From Phaeosaccion multiseriatum (taxonomy: Eukaryota > Protista > Ochrophyta, other classes): DNA of 64,000 bases. Made by a program: the position numbers and the translations under genes. Below are positions 12,893 through 25,772 of the stretch, piece by piece (position 1 is the stretch's first letter; the number at the start of each line of letters is the position of its first letter). The notes below the pieces were generated by a model. It did no database searches, was not told the origin of the DNA, and saw only the letters and a program-made list of their open reading frames with translations. Where the stretch lies: contig OZ218960.1 in NCBI GenBank assembly GCA_965112735.1, positions 1,736,001 through 1,800,000 on the forward strand, given 5' to 3'.

Positions 12893-13432
12893 GTGGGAAA
12901 AGAGTGCAAAGAGTGTCAGTTTCATTGCATGGGATTGGAGGTGAGGAGTAGACTTCGTTCGTGTTGTCTCCGCCTCGCTGGCCCTACGAGGAGTGCAGAC
13001 CTACAGGTGTGCTGCTACCCACTGGCTGGGCGGCACCACGCACGCGCCCACGGTCACTGGGAGGCTGCCTAAAGTGAGCTCGAGAATGTTCAAGTTCGGT
13101 CCGGAGGGGTTTTCCACACCTGAAACTGAAACTGGATGGCCGACACCATCCTCACGACTTCATGTATAAAGTGAAAAGGGCATGAAGAGAACAAGAGAGT
13201 CAGGTAGTGGGTATTGTGACAATACGTAGAAGGAGGAGTGCGAGCAAGAAGAGTTGGTTGTACCAGAGGAGGGAAAGCGGCGAAGTTGAGGAGGAAACTG
13301 GACGACACGTGCCGAGAGCGAGGGGAGGAGAAGACGACGTACAGGATAGAAGAAGTGGACGAGGAGAAGCAAAGCGGGAAGGGGAAGAGGAGAGCCCGGT
13401 AAGGGTGGAAGCAGTAACGCAAGAAAGGAGCG

Positions 13433-16400
13433 ATGGTACCGAGAGCCACACCTTTTCTCCTCCTTTCGCTGCTCTACTCCTTCCCTCCGGTCAAAGCTTT
13501 CATACCTTCAGGTAGCGGAACTGCTCTGAGCAGGGTTGGAAAAGGCTACAGACAGGATCGAAGTAGTACCTCTTGGGACGAGAGGAAAAGTGGACACAGC
13601 AGCAGCACCACCACCACCACCAACAGCAGGAGGAGGGGAAGGACAGAGACGAGGATGCAGTCATCAAGAGGAGGGTCGTCATCGAATGCTGGTGGGGAGA
13701 GCGGCTTGATGACCGAGCAACGACCCAATCCTGCTGCTGATCCTACTGCTACTGGTGGTGGTGGTGGTGCTGCTGCTGCTCCGGAGGTGGGGAGTGGGAG
13801 CGCTAGCGAAGCTCTGCGCGAGAGACAGCTCTTGCCCAGCGCTCCTTTACCCCCCATCATCCTCAGCAACAAGCCGGGTACCTGGGCCTATGACACCATG
13901 TCTAGACGCGTCCGAGAGAACATCCTCATGCGTGTGTACGATGAAGTGGACTGGGACGAGCTGCCCGAGGAGGAAGCGGCGGCGGCGAGGGAGGGGCTTG
14001 ATGCGTTGGTCAAGGACTTGACCACGCCTAAGAAGTCCAAGGTGGGGAGAGGAGAGCTCTTCATAAAGAGAAGGAGGAGGGGGAGGAGGAGGAGGAGGAG
14101 GAGGAGGAGGGAGGGAGGGGGGGGGGGGAGGGGGGGGTTGTAGTGCTAGAGCATCATTCCCCATACCCCATATTCTCCTCCTTACCCCCTCATCTCCTCC
14201 TCCTCCTACTACTACTACTACTACTCCCCCCCCCCCTCTCTCCCCCACAGATCAGACCCATTGGAGAGGACGGGGGGCCGGAGGTGCATGAGTGGAACAC
14301 CCTGATGCACCCCTTTATGGGGAAGAACTGGCTGGACACCCCCTGGCTCTATTCGGAGTTTTATGTGTATCGGAGGCTCATGGAAGGGATGGGGTACTTC
14401 AAAACGGGTGAGTGAGTGAGTGAGTTGGTGGTACAGAGCGGGGGAGGGAGGGAGGGAGGGAGAAAGGGATGCAGGGAGAAAGGGGGGGGAAGGAGGCGGA
14501 TAGATAGATAAGAGGAGGGTGGGAAAGAGTGAAGGGATGGATACATGGAAGAGAGGGAGAGTGAAGTAAAGAAGGGTCTACATTTGAGGCTGTGAGTGAG
14601 TGAGGGGATGGATGGATAGAAGGGAGGAGGGGGGAGTGAAACTAATGAAGGTGGTATAGACAGATGGGCAGAGTGAGGGGATGGAACGGATAGAAGAGAG
14701 ACGGAGGGGGTTGAAGAAGGAGAGACTAGAGGCGTGTACCATGTCCCTAATCTCTCCGTCCCTCTCTCTCCCCCTCTCCCTCCCTCCCTCCCTCCCTCTC
14801 TCTCTCTCCCCCCCTCCCTCCCTCCGTCCGTCCCTACTCTCTCCGTCCCTCTCTCTCCCCCTCCCCCTCCCCCTCCCTCCCTCTCTCCCTCTCTCTCTCC
14901 CCCCCTCCCTCCCTCCCTCCCTCCCGTCTCCCCTCCCTACACCCTTTCCCTCCCATCCCCCCCCCCCCAGGGCTGGACCCGTTCGCTAAGCAGAAGCTCC
15001 TGGGCGTGACCTCTGCTCTGGAGAGCATGGAGGCTCTGTCGAAGCGCCTCCTTCATTCCCATTCGCTGAGCGTTGAAGCAGGCCTGAAGCTGTATCTGAG
15101 GTGTGTTCACATTGGAAGGAGGGAGAAATGACACCTACACACACACACACGCTCACACAGCACGCACATGCACACACATATACACATAAACACACACGCA
15201 CATCTACACACGCACGCGCATACGCACCAGCGTACACACACGCACACACACGGGCGCACGCGATGCCTCTGTAGTTGGGGAGACCGCCGGTGGGGCAGTG
15301 CAGATAGCAGAGGGGCCGGTGGGGTAGTGCAGATAGCAGACATGTCTCGTTCTGTTTGTTGATGCTTCGGTTTTCGACATTCTCGCGCCCGTCCTTCTAC
15401 ACTCTGATCCCTCCCTCCTCTTCCTCCCTCTCTCCCACCCACCCACTCCACCCACCCGACCAACCAACCAACCACCGAACTCAGCACGGCCTTGTGGGGC
15501 AACCGGATGGACCTGTCTCTCTGGCCTGTGAGTACGACCCCCGAGGAGGACGGGGACATCGCAAATGGCGACAACGACTCTGTGGATGTGAATAACAACG
15601 CGCGCAGCTCCGACGTGTTCGCCAATGTGCTGCAGGGGGGGGACGACGAACTGCTCTGTGACGACTCCGGGAAGGTGGTGCAGGCACTCATGACCAGGAG
15701 AGCTGCAGGTACCTTTTCCGTACCTTACCTTGCCCGTTTCCATTCTCTCCCCCCCCCCCCCCGCCCCTCTCTCTACCTACCTATCTCCGTACCTAACCTA
15801 CCTTTCTCCCTACCTGCCAACCTTTACCTGCCTTCCCTCCTACCCACCTACTCACCTACCCACCTACTCACCTACCTACCTACCTACCTACCTACCCACC
15901 TACCTACCTACCTACCTACCTACCTACATGCCGAGCTTTACATACCTATCCCCCTCCGTATCTACTCACCACCACCCACCTACCTACTTCCCTAACCCTA
16001 ACCCTTTCCACCTGGTCCTTACCGTGTCACACTATGCCGTTCTTTGGATCTCTTCACAAACGACCTCCCCCCCAACCCCCCCCTCCCTCCCTCCCTCCCT
16101 CCCTCGCTCCCTCCCTCCCTCCCTCCTTTCCACCCTCCCTCCCTCCCTCACTCCCTCCCTCCTTCCCTCCCTCCGTCCCTCCCTCACTCCCTCCCTCCGT
16201 CCCTCCCTCACTCCCTCCCTCCCTTCCCTCCTCCCTCCCTCCCTCCCCTTCCTTCCTTCCCTCCCTCCCTCCCTCCTCCTCCTCCCTCCTCCTCCTCCTC
16301 CTCCCCCCACCACCCATGTGCAGCCGAGGCACGCGCAGTTGCCGCCGCCGCTTCGTGTGGTATCCTCGCCACGGCCATCGCTGGGGCAGGGCCAGGACCG

Positions 16401-16762
16401 TCCCGAGTGGACATTGTTGTCGACAACGCTGGATTCGAACTGTTCTGCGACTTGTGCCTTGCGGATTATCTCGTGGAGAGCAGGACGGTGGACAGCGTTG
16501 TGCTGCAGCTTAAGGGACACCCCACCTTCGTGAGTGTGTGGGTTGTTGTTGTTGTTGTTGTTGTTGTTGTTATTGTTGTGGTGGTGATGGTGGTTGTTGT
16601 TGTTGTTGTTGTTGTTGTTGTTGCTGTTGTTGTTGGTGGTGGTGGTGTTAGTGTTGTTGTTGGTAGCGGTGGTGGTGGTGGTGGTGGTGGTGGTGGTGTT
16701 GTTATTGTTGTTGGTGGTGGTGTTGTTGTTGTTGTTTGTGGTGGTGGTGGTGGTGGTGGTGG

Positions 16763-16794
<32 letters not shown>

Positions 16795-18495
16795 GGTGGC
16801 GTTGTTGTTGTTGTTGTTGTTGTTGGAGAGTGAAGAGGGAGGCAGGTGGAGTGTGGTGCGTGCAAGAAATGGAGAGCTTGTGGGCAAGAGACACAAAGGG
16901 AGGGAGGCAGAGACAGAGAAAGATGATCTGGTCGCTCATTTTTCGGTTGACCTAGTGCGACTGAGATTGAAGCCGGAAGACCAACGTGCCGTCCTCCCCC
17001 CTTCTGCCCCTCTGCTGCTGCCAAAACTGCTGCTGCCCATGCGACTACTGCTGCCCACTTGACTTTTGCTTACTGTTGCGGCTCCAATTAACTGCTTCTG
17101 TCCACTATGACGGGTGCTGCTGATGCTTTTACTGCTCCCTCCGGTCACAGGTGAGCGACGCTACGAAGAAGGACTTGAACAAGATGGTGGACCTCCTGGC
17201 GGGGCTGGACACAGCGGAATTCCCCTCAGCAGCGGCCATTGGCAAGCGGTGGAGGCAGAGGATCACAGAAGGGCAGGTGGGTGGGGGGCATGGACGGGGG
17301 GAGGAGGGTGGGTGAGGGGTGTAGGGGAGGGAGGGAGGGGAGGGAGGGACCGAGGGAGAGACGGAGGAAGGAAGAAAGGGAGGGAGGGATGGAGGGAGGG
17401 AGGGAGGGAGGGGAGGAGAGGAGGGAGGAAGGAGGGAGGGGAGAGAGGAAGGGGGGAGGAAGGGGGGAGAGGAGGGAGGAAGGAGGGAGGGGAGAGAGGA
17501 GGAAGGAGGGAGGGGAGAGAGGAAGGAAGGAGGGAGAGGAGGAGAGGAGGGGGGAAGGTGGGAGGGGAGAGGAAGGAAGGAGGGAGGGAGGGGGGAAAGA
17601 GTAGTAGAGGTGTACGGCCCCTGTGCTGGCCAAGTGTCTGTCTGACACGCCGAGCCTGGTACATGCGCATTGCCCATCCGCCCCCCCCTCCCTCCCCCTG
17701 CTGCCGACCTGTGCCCAACAACACCGACCAACCAACGAACGGACAAACCAACCACCCCACCAACCACCAACCAATCAACCACCCACCCAACCAACCAACC
17801 AACCAACCAACCAACCAACCATGCAACCAACGCCCCAAACACGACCACGTAACCAACCCATCCACTCACTCACCGACGCACTCACCCAACCACCAACCCC
17901 ACCAACCGACCAACCAACCAACCAACCGAAACAACCCAAACAACCCAAACCAGTGGGTACTCAAAGCGGACTACTTCTGGGCTCAGCCCTCTCCCTTCTG
18001 GGAGCTTCCCTCCCACATCTACACCCAGCTCCAACAAGAGTCCTTCATGACCATCGTCAAGGGCGATGCCAACTACCGGCGGACCCTAGGGGATCGGTTG
18101 TGGGACTACACCTTACCCTTTGACGAAGTAGCGGGTTACTTCCCCACCCGTTTGGTGGCGTTGAGGACACTCAAAGCCGAGTTGGGGTGTGGTGAGTGAA
18201 GGGGAGGGGGAGGAGGAGGGAGAGGATGAAGAGGAGGGGGGAGGGGGAGGAGGAGGGAAGGGGGAAGAGAGGAGGACTCAGGGTTTGCCTACTTATTTTC
18301 TCCTCGTTTCCCCCGGCCCTTGTGTGCGTGTACACCGCACACACCACAAACTCCTCTCCTCTCCACAGGAATGGACAAGGATCGAGTACATGCCGCCGCT
18401 GCTTCCGATGACACGTGGATGACTGATGGTGAGGTGTCTCAGCCGCAGCTTGTTTGTCTCGTTCTCTCGAGGAGCCCTCTCCCTATTTCTCTCCT

Positions 18496-18546
<51 letters not shown>

Positions 18547-18589
18547 CTCTCTTGTCGCTGTGTCTCCTCTCCTCTCCTCCCTCTCTCTC

Positions 18590-18632
<43 letters not shown>

Positions 18633-18973
18633 TATGCCCGTATGCCCCTCTCTCTCTTGTCTCTCCTCTTTCTCTCCCCCCCTGTGTCTTGACCTACTGT
18701 GGTACCAAGGATCGTAAGAGACAAGTGAGAATTGTTATTTCAAACGGACACTACTCATCTTGACATCACTTTCTCATCCCCCCCTTGCCCCTTCCCCTCT
18801 TCCCTTTCGTTCCTCTCTCGCCCTCCTCCCTTCCCCCCTCTCTCGCTTCTCTCTCGCCCCCTCTCTCTCCTCTCCCTCGTCCCTCTCTGGTTGCAGGCAA
18901 GTGGGGCGTGATTCAGTACGTCGACCCCTTCACAGAGCGTACCGCCTCCGACGGTGCAAGTGCCGAGACATGA
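13433..18973 (+). CDS. ARMT1: ARMT1/DUF89 damage-control sugar-phosphate phosphatase with probable bipartite plastid presequence, ~9 exons
   Basis: Motifs across exons: TWAYDTMSRR, WLDTPWLYSEFYVYRR, DPFAKQK, ALWGNRMDLSL, DIVVDNAGFELFCDLCLAD, KGHPTF|VSDA, KGDANYRR, LRTLKAE, GKWGVIQY. The N-terminus MVPRATPFLLLSLLYSFPPVKA-FIP is followed by an S/T/R-rich stretch. Confidence 0.93.
16541..16825. repeat. Intronic compound (GTT)n/(GGT)n microsatellite
   Basis: About 285 bp of alternating GTT and GGT runs right after a donor site in the ARMT1 gene. Confidence 0.9.
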
Positions 18974-19493
18974 GATTCAGTTTCACAGCGCAAGTTTCAG
19001 TGCCAGTTTCAGTCAGACCCTGAGGGCGTAGTCTGTGTGAGTCGGTAACGCACACGCTCGTGCGCTCTGGCATTCTCTGGCACGGGTGCGTGCGTGCGTG
19101 CGTGCGTGTGTGCGTGTGGCGCGTGCGTGCCGCTGCATCGAAGAGTACGGTGTATGTGACTATGTGTTTTTATTGTCGACCGACCGTGGGAGAAGGTCCA
19201 AGCGCCCAACGGAGCAGCCGAACGACGTACCGCGAGTAGCATAAGACGAGAGAGGGACGAGAGGGAGAGGCGCGAGAAAGAAGGGAAGGAAATAAAGAAA
19301 AAAGGGAGGAAGGGAGGAAGGGCAGCACAAGACGAAGGAGAGGCGCAAAAATGGAAAGGAAGGGAGGGAGGGAGTCAGTCCCTCTCGAGCGAAGGAAGGA
19401 GGGGACGCAGGCGTGGCATGTATCGAAAGTGACGTCCCGGCGGGGGGAGGGGGTTGCGCCAGAACCGTGTGTTCTGTGCGTCTATCAGATGAT

Positions 19494-19588
19494 GTGATCA
19501 ATCCAGTGTCTCTTTAGAGTAGGTAGTACGCAGAGGAGAGAAGTGATCAATCCAGTGTCTCTTTAGAGTAGGTAGTAGGCAGAGGAGA
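19494..19588. repeat. Direct duplication, 49-bp period
   Basis: GTGATCAATCCAGTGTCTCTTTAGAGTAGGTAGTA(C/G)GCAGAGGAGA at 19494 and 19543, one mismatch. Confidence 0.9.
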
Positions 19589-19683
19589 TGTGCTGAGCAC
19601 ACACCACATGGCAGTAAGTGGTGTTGATACTGCTGTAGTCGAGCCATAGCCAAAATGACGAAAAAATAGAGAACAGCTTTCGA

Positions 19684-21384
19684 GTGTAATTGTTTCTTTT
19701 ATTGATTGTTACATTTCTAACAGGAGAGGAGAAGCGTCGAGTGAACGAACACTCACACTCTCTTCAAAGCAAAGAAAAACACACACACACATCGATATAC
19801 ACAAGAGAGGGAGGCGCAATACGACAAAACAATGAGAGAGGAGCACCAGGGGTGCACCAATCAATCACTGCCGCCGCCGCAGCTCACGTCTCAAGGCGGG
19901 AGGAAGGAGAGCAAGTTTAGTACTCCTCGCCGAAGTCCTCCTCCTCTCCCTCTCCCTCGGCGGTCTCGGCGCCCACCTCCTCGTAATCCTTCTCGAGGGC
20001 GGCAAGATCCTCTCGGGCCTCGGAGAACTCTCCCTCCTCCATGCCCTCACCGACGTACCAGTGCACGAAGGCTCGCTTGGCGTACATGAGGTCGAACTTG
20101 TGGTCGATGCGGGACAGAGCCTCGGCGATGGCCGTGGTGTTGGCAACCATGCACACGGCGCGCTGCACGCGGGCAAGGTCTCCTCCGGGCACCACGGTGG
20201 GGGGCTGGTAGTTGATGCCGCACTTGAAGCCGGTGGGGCACCAGTCGACGAACTGGATGGTGCGCTTGGTCTTGATGGTGGCCACGGCGGCGTTGACGTC
20301 CTTGGGCACCACGTCTCCGCGGTACATGAGGCAGCAAGCCATGTACTTTCCGTGGCGGGGGTCGCACTTGGTCATCATGCCGGCCGGCTCGAACACGCTG
20401 TTGGTGATCTCGGCCACGGACAGCTGCTCGTGGTAGGCCTTCTCAGCGGAGATGATGGGCGCGTACGAGGTAAGCATGAAGTGGATGCGCGGGTAGGGCA
20501 CCAGGTTGGTCTGGAACTCGGTGACGTCCACGTTGAGGGCGCCGTCGAATCGAAGGGAAGCGGTCAGGGAGGAGATGACCTGTGCGATGAGGCGGTTCAG
20601 GTTGGTGTAGGTGGGGCGCTCAATGTCCAGGTTGCGGCGGCACACGTCGTAGAGGGCCTCGTTGTCCATGCAGAAGGTGCAGTCCGTGTGCTCCAGCAGG
20701 GCGTGGGTGGACAGCACCGAGTTGTAGGGCTCCACCACCGCGGTGGCCACCTGCGGGGCGGGCGACACGGCGAAGGACAGCTTGGACTTGCGCCCGTAGT
20801 CCACCGAGAGGCGCTCCAAAAGCAGAGAGCCCAGGCCGGACCCAGTTCCTCCGCCCGTGGCGTGGAACACGAGGAAGCCCTGCAGCCCGGTGCAGTTGTC
20901 CGCCAGCTTGCGGATGCGGTCCAGCACCAGGTCCACAATCTCCTTGCCGATGGTGTAGTGGCCACGCGCGTAGTTGTTGGCGGCGTCCTCCTTGCCCGAG
21001 ATGATCTGCTCGGGGTGGTACAGCTGGCGGTAGGTGCCCGTCCTCACCTCGTCGCACACTGTGGGCTCCAGGTCCACGTGCACGGCGCGGGGCACGTGCT
21101 TGCCGGCGCCCGTCTCCGAGAAGAAGGTGTTGAAGGCGTCATCGCCCCCGCCGATGGTCTTGTCGGAGGGCATCTGCCCGTCGGGCTGGATGCCGTGTTC
21201 CAGGCAGTAGAGCTCCCAGCAGGCATTTCCGGTCTGGATGCCCGCCTGGCCAATGTGGATGGAGATGCACTCACGCATGGTGTTTAGTTGGTCTTGAAGA
21301 AGAGAGAGAAGGGAATGGTGCTGGTGCTGGAAGAGCGGGGAAGAAGCAAGACAACACTTGACGTGATGACGAGCTTACAAGTGA
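19684..21384 (-). repeat. Left arm of ~1.7 kb inverted repeat (alpha-tubulin CDS plus 5' and 3' flanks)
   Basis: Its reverse complement matches 28346-30050, from TCACTTGTAAGCTCG upstream of the ATG to just past an AATAAA downstream of the stop. Confidence 0.95.
19917..21278 (-). CDS. TUBA: Alpha-tubulin, intronless, 453 aa (copy 1)
   Basis: MRECISIH start, GGGTGSG signature, K40, C-terminal EEY. Confidence 0.99.
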   Translation of the reverse strand: MRECISIHIGQAGIQTGNACWELYCLEHGIQPDGQMPSDKTIGGGDDAFNTFFSETGAGKHVPRAVHVDLEPTVCDEVRTGTYRQLYHPEQIISGKEDAANNYARGHYTIGKEIVDLVLDRIRKLADNCTGLQGFLVFHATGGGTGSGLGSLLLERLSVDYGRKSKLSFAVSPAPQVATAVVEPYNSVLSTHALLEHTDCTFCMDNEALYDVCRRNLDIERPTYTNLNRLIAQVISSLTASLRFDGALNVDVTEFQTNLVPYPRIHFMLTSYAPIISAEKAYHEQLSVAEITNSVFEPAGMMTKCDPRHGKYMACCLMYRGDVVPKDVNAAVATIKTKRTIQFVDWCPTGFKCGINYQPPTVVPGGDLARVQRAVCMVANTTAIAEALSRIDHKFDLMYAKRAFVHWYVGEGMEEGEFSEAREDLAALEKDYEEVGAETAEGEGEEEDFGEEY

Positions 21385-21847
21385 AGGCAACACAGCCCCT
21401 CCTCCGCCCTCCCCCCCTCGCCCCATTCCAACGCTCACCGTCCACGGTCGTTTCAAAAATCGGTGCTCCCCAAACGGCTATTTTGGGCGCCATACATTAA
21501 CCAAGTCATTCCAAAGGTGGCCGTTGCAGGATTATGAAACTCCCGGGGGTGGTTACTCCGCCCCCGGGAGAACCCGGGGGGAGAGTGCGCGCGCATTTCT
21601 GTAACGGGCCCGCGAGCGGCGCGCGGAAAGCGAGTGGGCGTTTAAATATAGAGCTTGGCGGCGATAGAAGGGAGAGCAAACAACCGCCGCAGCCGTTTTT
21701 TGTTTGAGGAAAGAGGAACACTTACCAACTTGCGACAAGAGACCACAGCAGAGAGAGAGAGAGAGAGAGAGAGAGTGAGAGGGAGAGCAGGGAGCGAGAG
21801 CACAGAGAGGAAGGAAGGAGCAGTCCAACGTCCAACACACAAACACC
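21279..21847. promoter_or_regulatory. Putative bidirectional promoter and 5' UTRs between alpha- and beta-tubulin
   Basis: 569 bp between divergent ATGs. TATA-like TTTAAATATA at 21641. TGACGT at about 21359 is conserved in the other alpha copy. Both ATGs are preceded by AAACACC. Confidence 0.6.
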
Positions 21848-23527
21848 ATGAGGGAGATCGTCCACGTCCAGGCCGGCCAGTGCGGCAACCAGATTGGCTC
21901 CAAGTTCTGGGAAGTCATCTCGGATGAGCACGGCATTGACCCCACTGGTTCGTACCACGGGGACTCTGACATTCAGCTGGAGCGCATCAACGTCTATTTC
22001 AATGAGGCAACGGGCGGCCGTTATGTGCCTCGCGCCATTCTCATGGACCTGGAGCCCGGTACGATGGACTCGGTGCGCGCCGGGCCCTTCGGTCAGCTGT
22101 TTCGCCCCGACAACTTTGTGTTCGGGCAGACGGGTGCCGGAAACAACTGGGCCAAGGGGCACTACACGGAGGGAGCGGAGCTGATTGACTCCGTGCTGGA
22201 TGTGGTGCGCAAGGAGGCGGAGTCGTGCGACTGCCTGCAGGGGTTCCAGCTGACCCACTCCATGGGAGGAGGAACCGGCGCCGGTATGGGAACACTGCTC
22301 ATCTCCAAGGTCCGAGAGGAGTACCCCGACCGCGTCATGTCCACCTACTCTGTCATCCCCTCCCCCAAGGTGTCCGACACCGTCGTGGAGCCCTACAACG
22401 CCACCCTCTCCGTGCATCAGCTCGTAGAGAACGCCGACCAGTGCTTCACCCTGGATAACGAGGCCCTGTACGACATTTGCTTCCGCACCCTCAAGCTCAC
22501 CACCCCCACCTACGGAGACCTCAACCACTTGGTGTCCGCCGCCATCTGCGGAACCACCTGCTCTCTGCGTTTCCCCGGACAGCTCAACTGCGACCTCCGT
22601 AAGCTGGCGGTCAACATGGTCCCCTTCCCTCGTCTCCACTTCTTCATGATCGGCTTCGCACCCCTCACCTCGCGCGGCTCCCAGCAGTACCGCGCCCTCA
22701 CCGTGCCCGAGCTCACCCAGCAGTGCTTCGATGCCAAGAACATGATGTGCGCCTCCGACCCCCGCCACGGACGTTACCTCACCTGCGCCGTCATGTTCCG
22801 CGGACGCATGTCTACCAAGGAGGTGGACGAGCAGATGCTCAACGTGGTCAACAAGAACTCCAGGTGAGCGAGAGAGGGAAGGGAGGGAGGTGTTGGGGCG
22901 CAGGGGTTGGGCGGTTTCACTTTTTTTTTTTATTGTTCCATGCGTGTGTCTGTGCACCTTACTTCTCACTCACACCGTCCCCTCTGCTGCTGCCCCTCTT
23001 TCTCAGCTACTTCGTCGAGTGGATCCCCAACAACGTCAAGTAAGTTGTCCGTGGTGTTTGTTTTTGTCTGTGTGCTATTGTGTAACGGCTTTTCCCTGGC
23101 CATGCATCATGTTCTTTTCTCTTTCTTGTATCTTCTCCCATCCTTGTTTTTTATTGTTGCAGATCAACTCACATCCCTCCCTCCCTCCCTCTCCCCCCTT
23201 CCCACCCACCCACCCCACCACCACAACAGGGCATCCATCTGCGACATCCCCCCCAAGGGCCTCAAGATGTCCACGACCTTCGTGGGCAACACCACCGCCA
23301 TCCAGGAGGTGTGGAAGCGAGTGGCCGAGCAGTTCACGAGCATGTTCCGACGCAAGGCCTTCCTTCACTGGTACACCGGAGAGGGCATGGACGAGATGGA
23401 GTTCACGGAGGCCGAGTCCAACATGAACGATCTCGTGTCAGAGTACCAGCAGTACCAGGATGCCACCGCCGAGGAGGAGGGAGAGTTCGACGAGGATGAG
23501 GAGCTTGACGACATGATGATGGGTTAG
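21848..23527 (+). CDS. TUBB: Beta-tubulin, 3 exons
   Basis: MREIVHVQ start. Exons 21848-22863, 23007-23039 and 23230-23527 give ..[52 protein letters not shown]. Confidence 0.99.
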
Positions 23528-24226
23528 ATTGGGTCGCAGAGATGGGTTAGGTTGGGTCACTGATTGGGTTAGTACAGGTCAGAGGTTGGAGTTTTAGAGT
23601 TTTTCTCTCTCTTCTCCTCCTGGTCTCTTTCTTTCTTGGTTTCTATCTTTCCTTCCTACTCCCACCCCTCCTTCAACCAAATCAAAACACCACCACCGTA
23701 GTACAGTCAGTTTGAGTTCACGAGATCAAGTCAGTCAGTCGGTCAATGAAGCTTCGCAGAGCAGATTCTTTCTTTCCTTTGAGTGCTTTTCGCCCGTCTC
23801 ACCCTGCCCGCCCCCCCCCCCCCTTGCCCCCTGCTTTTGCGGGGTCTTGGGGTGTGGGCGGGTGTGTGTGTGTGTGTGTGCGTTCGAGGCTCTTCTTCTG
23901 TGACCTCTGGTGCGGGAATTGTTTTGAGGGTTGGAGTGGAGTAGGGTACGTGTGACTTGCTCGCTGCGGGACGCCACCGGTAGACTTTCGCGTGAGTGAA
24001 AGGACCGGTGTGCGTTTTGCTTGCGCGAGCGTGCCCTACCCTACCCCTGTCTCGTGCTCGCTTGTTCCATGTATCAAAAGTACATTGACTGTTATTAATG
24101 TGAAATAAAACAAAATTAAAAAGAATCCCTCTCACTGGTGGGTCAGTCAGGCAGTCAGTCACTCAGCCAGCCAGTCCGTCCGTCCTCCGTCAGTCAGTCA
24201 GTCAGTCATCCTGAATACTGCTTTGC

Positions 24227-25291
24227 TTAAAGGGCTGTAACATAACGGACGGAGAAGCTTCCCGTTTTCCGCCTCCCGTTCCGCGAGGAATGGGACCGGT
24301 CTGCTCCCGCTCCTGCTCTTCCTCCTGCTGCTGCTACTACTGCTGCTGCTGCTGCTACTGGTACTACCGCTGCTGCTGCTGCTGCTTCTGCTGCTACTGG
24401 TGTCCTTGTGTCAATAGTCAATAGTGGTGTTGGTGGTAGCCCTGTGGGTCTGTCGCTGCTCTGATTCTAGTGGTGTTGGCTGTGCTGCTCTTGTGGTGCT
24501 GCCGCTGCTATGGTGCTACGTCTTCCTCTTGAGACTTGCGTAGTTCCACCGGCCTTCTCCGTCCGTCCTTCGGCCTCTACAGTCGACCTTTGGCTCACTC
24601 GTTGGTGGGCAGTGATCAGTCGCACCTCTCGCGCTCATGACGTCAGGAGGGGCGAGCCATGCTCCAGCCTTGGGCTTGGAGAGAGATTCATCCCGCTGTA
24701 TCACCAACTGCTGCTGTTGTACCTGCACCTACCCTACTTCGCTGCTGCCACTCCTGCTGCCCCGGTGGTTTGCTACTTACTACCACTGACCATGGATCAT
24801 GGTGGATGAAAAAGTCTGTCTCTCCCTCCTCCTCTCATTCTTTCTCTCCGGCAACTGATGATGCCGGCTTTGCATACACACTTAAGCCTCTGCCCATACG
24901 CGCTCTCCGCCCACAAGTCCAATGGATTATCTCCGCCTTGATGACTTACATGATTTGATGGCACTTGATGGCAAACGGCGTGCTGCAGATGGCGACGGCG
25001 CGTGTCGGGCTACAGCCACAGAAGGAAGCGCCAGGCAGAGGGATGCCTAGAGAGGGAGGTGCAAGGGGAGCGGGAGAGAGAGAGGAGGGGGGTGGGGAGA
25101 GAGAGGGAGGGAGAATCGAGAGAGACACAGACAGTCCAATGTGGCGAAGAGGGTGTGAGGAGAGACAGAGAGGCACAACATACACACACACCGAAGAGAA
25201 AGCGGCGTGACGATAGATGTACAGAGAGCCTGATGTGGCGTGGAGAGGGAGGGAGAGAAACAGCCAGATCTAGCGTAGAGAGGCGGTAGAG

Positions 25292-25330
<39 letters not shown>

Positions 25331-25727
25331 AGAGAGCGAGAGAGGAAGAGAGAGAGAGGGAGGAAGAGAGAGAGAGGGAGAGAGAGAGAGAGGAAGAGAG
25401 AGAGAGGAGAGAGAGAGGGAGAGAGAGAGGTAGAGAGAGAGGGGAAGAGAAAGAGGGGGAGAGAAGAAGAGAGAGAGACAGCCCGATGTGTGGTAGAGAG
25501 GGAGAGATACATAGCCCGAAGTCGTGCAGAAAGGGTGATGTGAGGGGTAGGGTCCGAGAGAGAAACGCACCCACACTACTAGAGGGACACACAGACCCAC
25601 ACAGCCCCAAATGGCGTAGAGAGGGTGATAAATGGGGGAGACGTACACATAAACACATAGAGAGGGTGATGTGACGGGGGTGTGAGACACACACATACAC
25701 ACACGCACACACACACACATACACACG

Positions 25728-25772
<45 letters not shown>

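Larger units (their letters stand above)
3851..24710. repeat. Dispersed short repeat with core GTATCACCAACTG (7 exact copies) embedded in CTG/CAG tracts
   Basis: Exact copies at 3851, 3995 (reverse complement), 4354, 4384, 6708, 6950 and 24698; partial copy near 26686. The span given covers first to last copy. Confidence 0.9.

Noticed and set aside
11118-13160. Possible minus-strand gene divergent from ARMT1
   Set aside because: Only short ORFs in shifting frames; no consistent exon chain or recognisable product could be built.
15990-16005. Telomere-like CCCTAACCCTAACCCT (and GGGTTAG motifs at 23521-23571)
   Set aside because: Fewer than three tandem units, embedded in or near other simple repeats; not evidence of an interstitial telomere.
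15730-18199. Many long ORFs of PSLP/GGRE/polyV/polyT type
   Set aside because: They are translations of intronic (CCCT)n, (GGGA)n, (GTT)n and (CCAA)n microsatellites inside ARMT1. The same applies to 25010-26036, 34230-35111 and 62999-63659.
20061-22969. Long antisense ORFs (408 aa and 415 aa; also 28445-29671) opposite the tubulins
   Set aside because: Expected shadow of strong GC3 codon bias in highly expressed genes; no independent coding signal.
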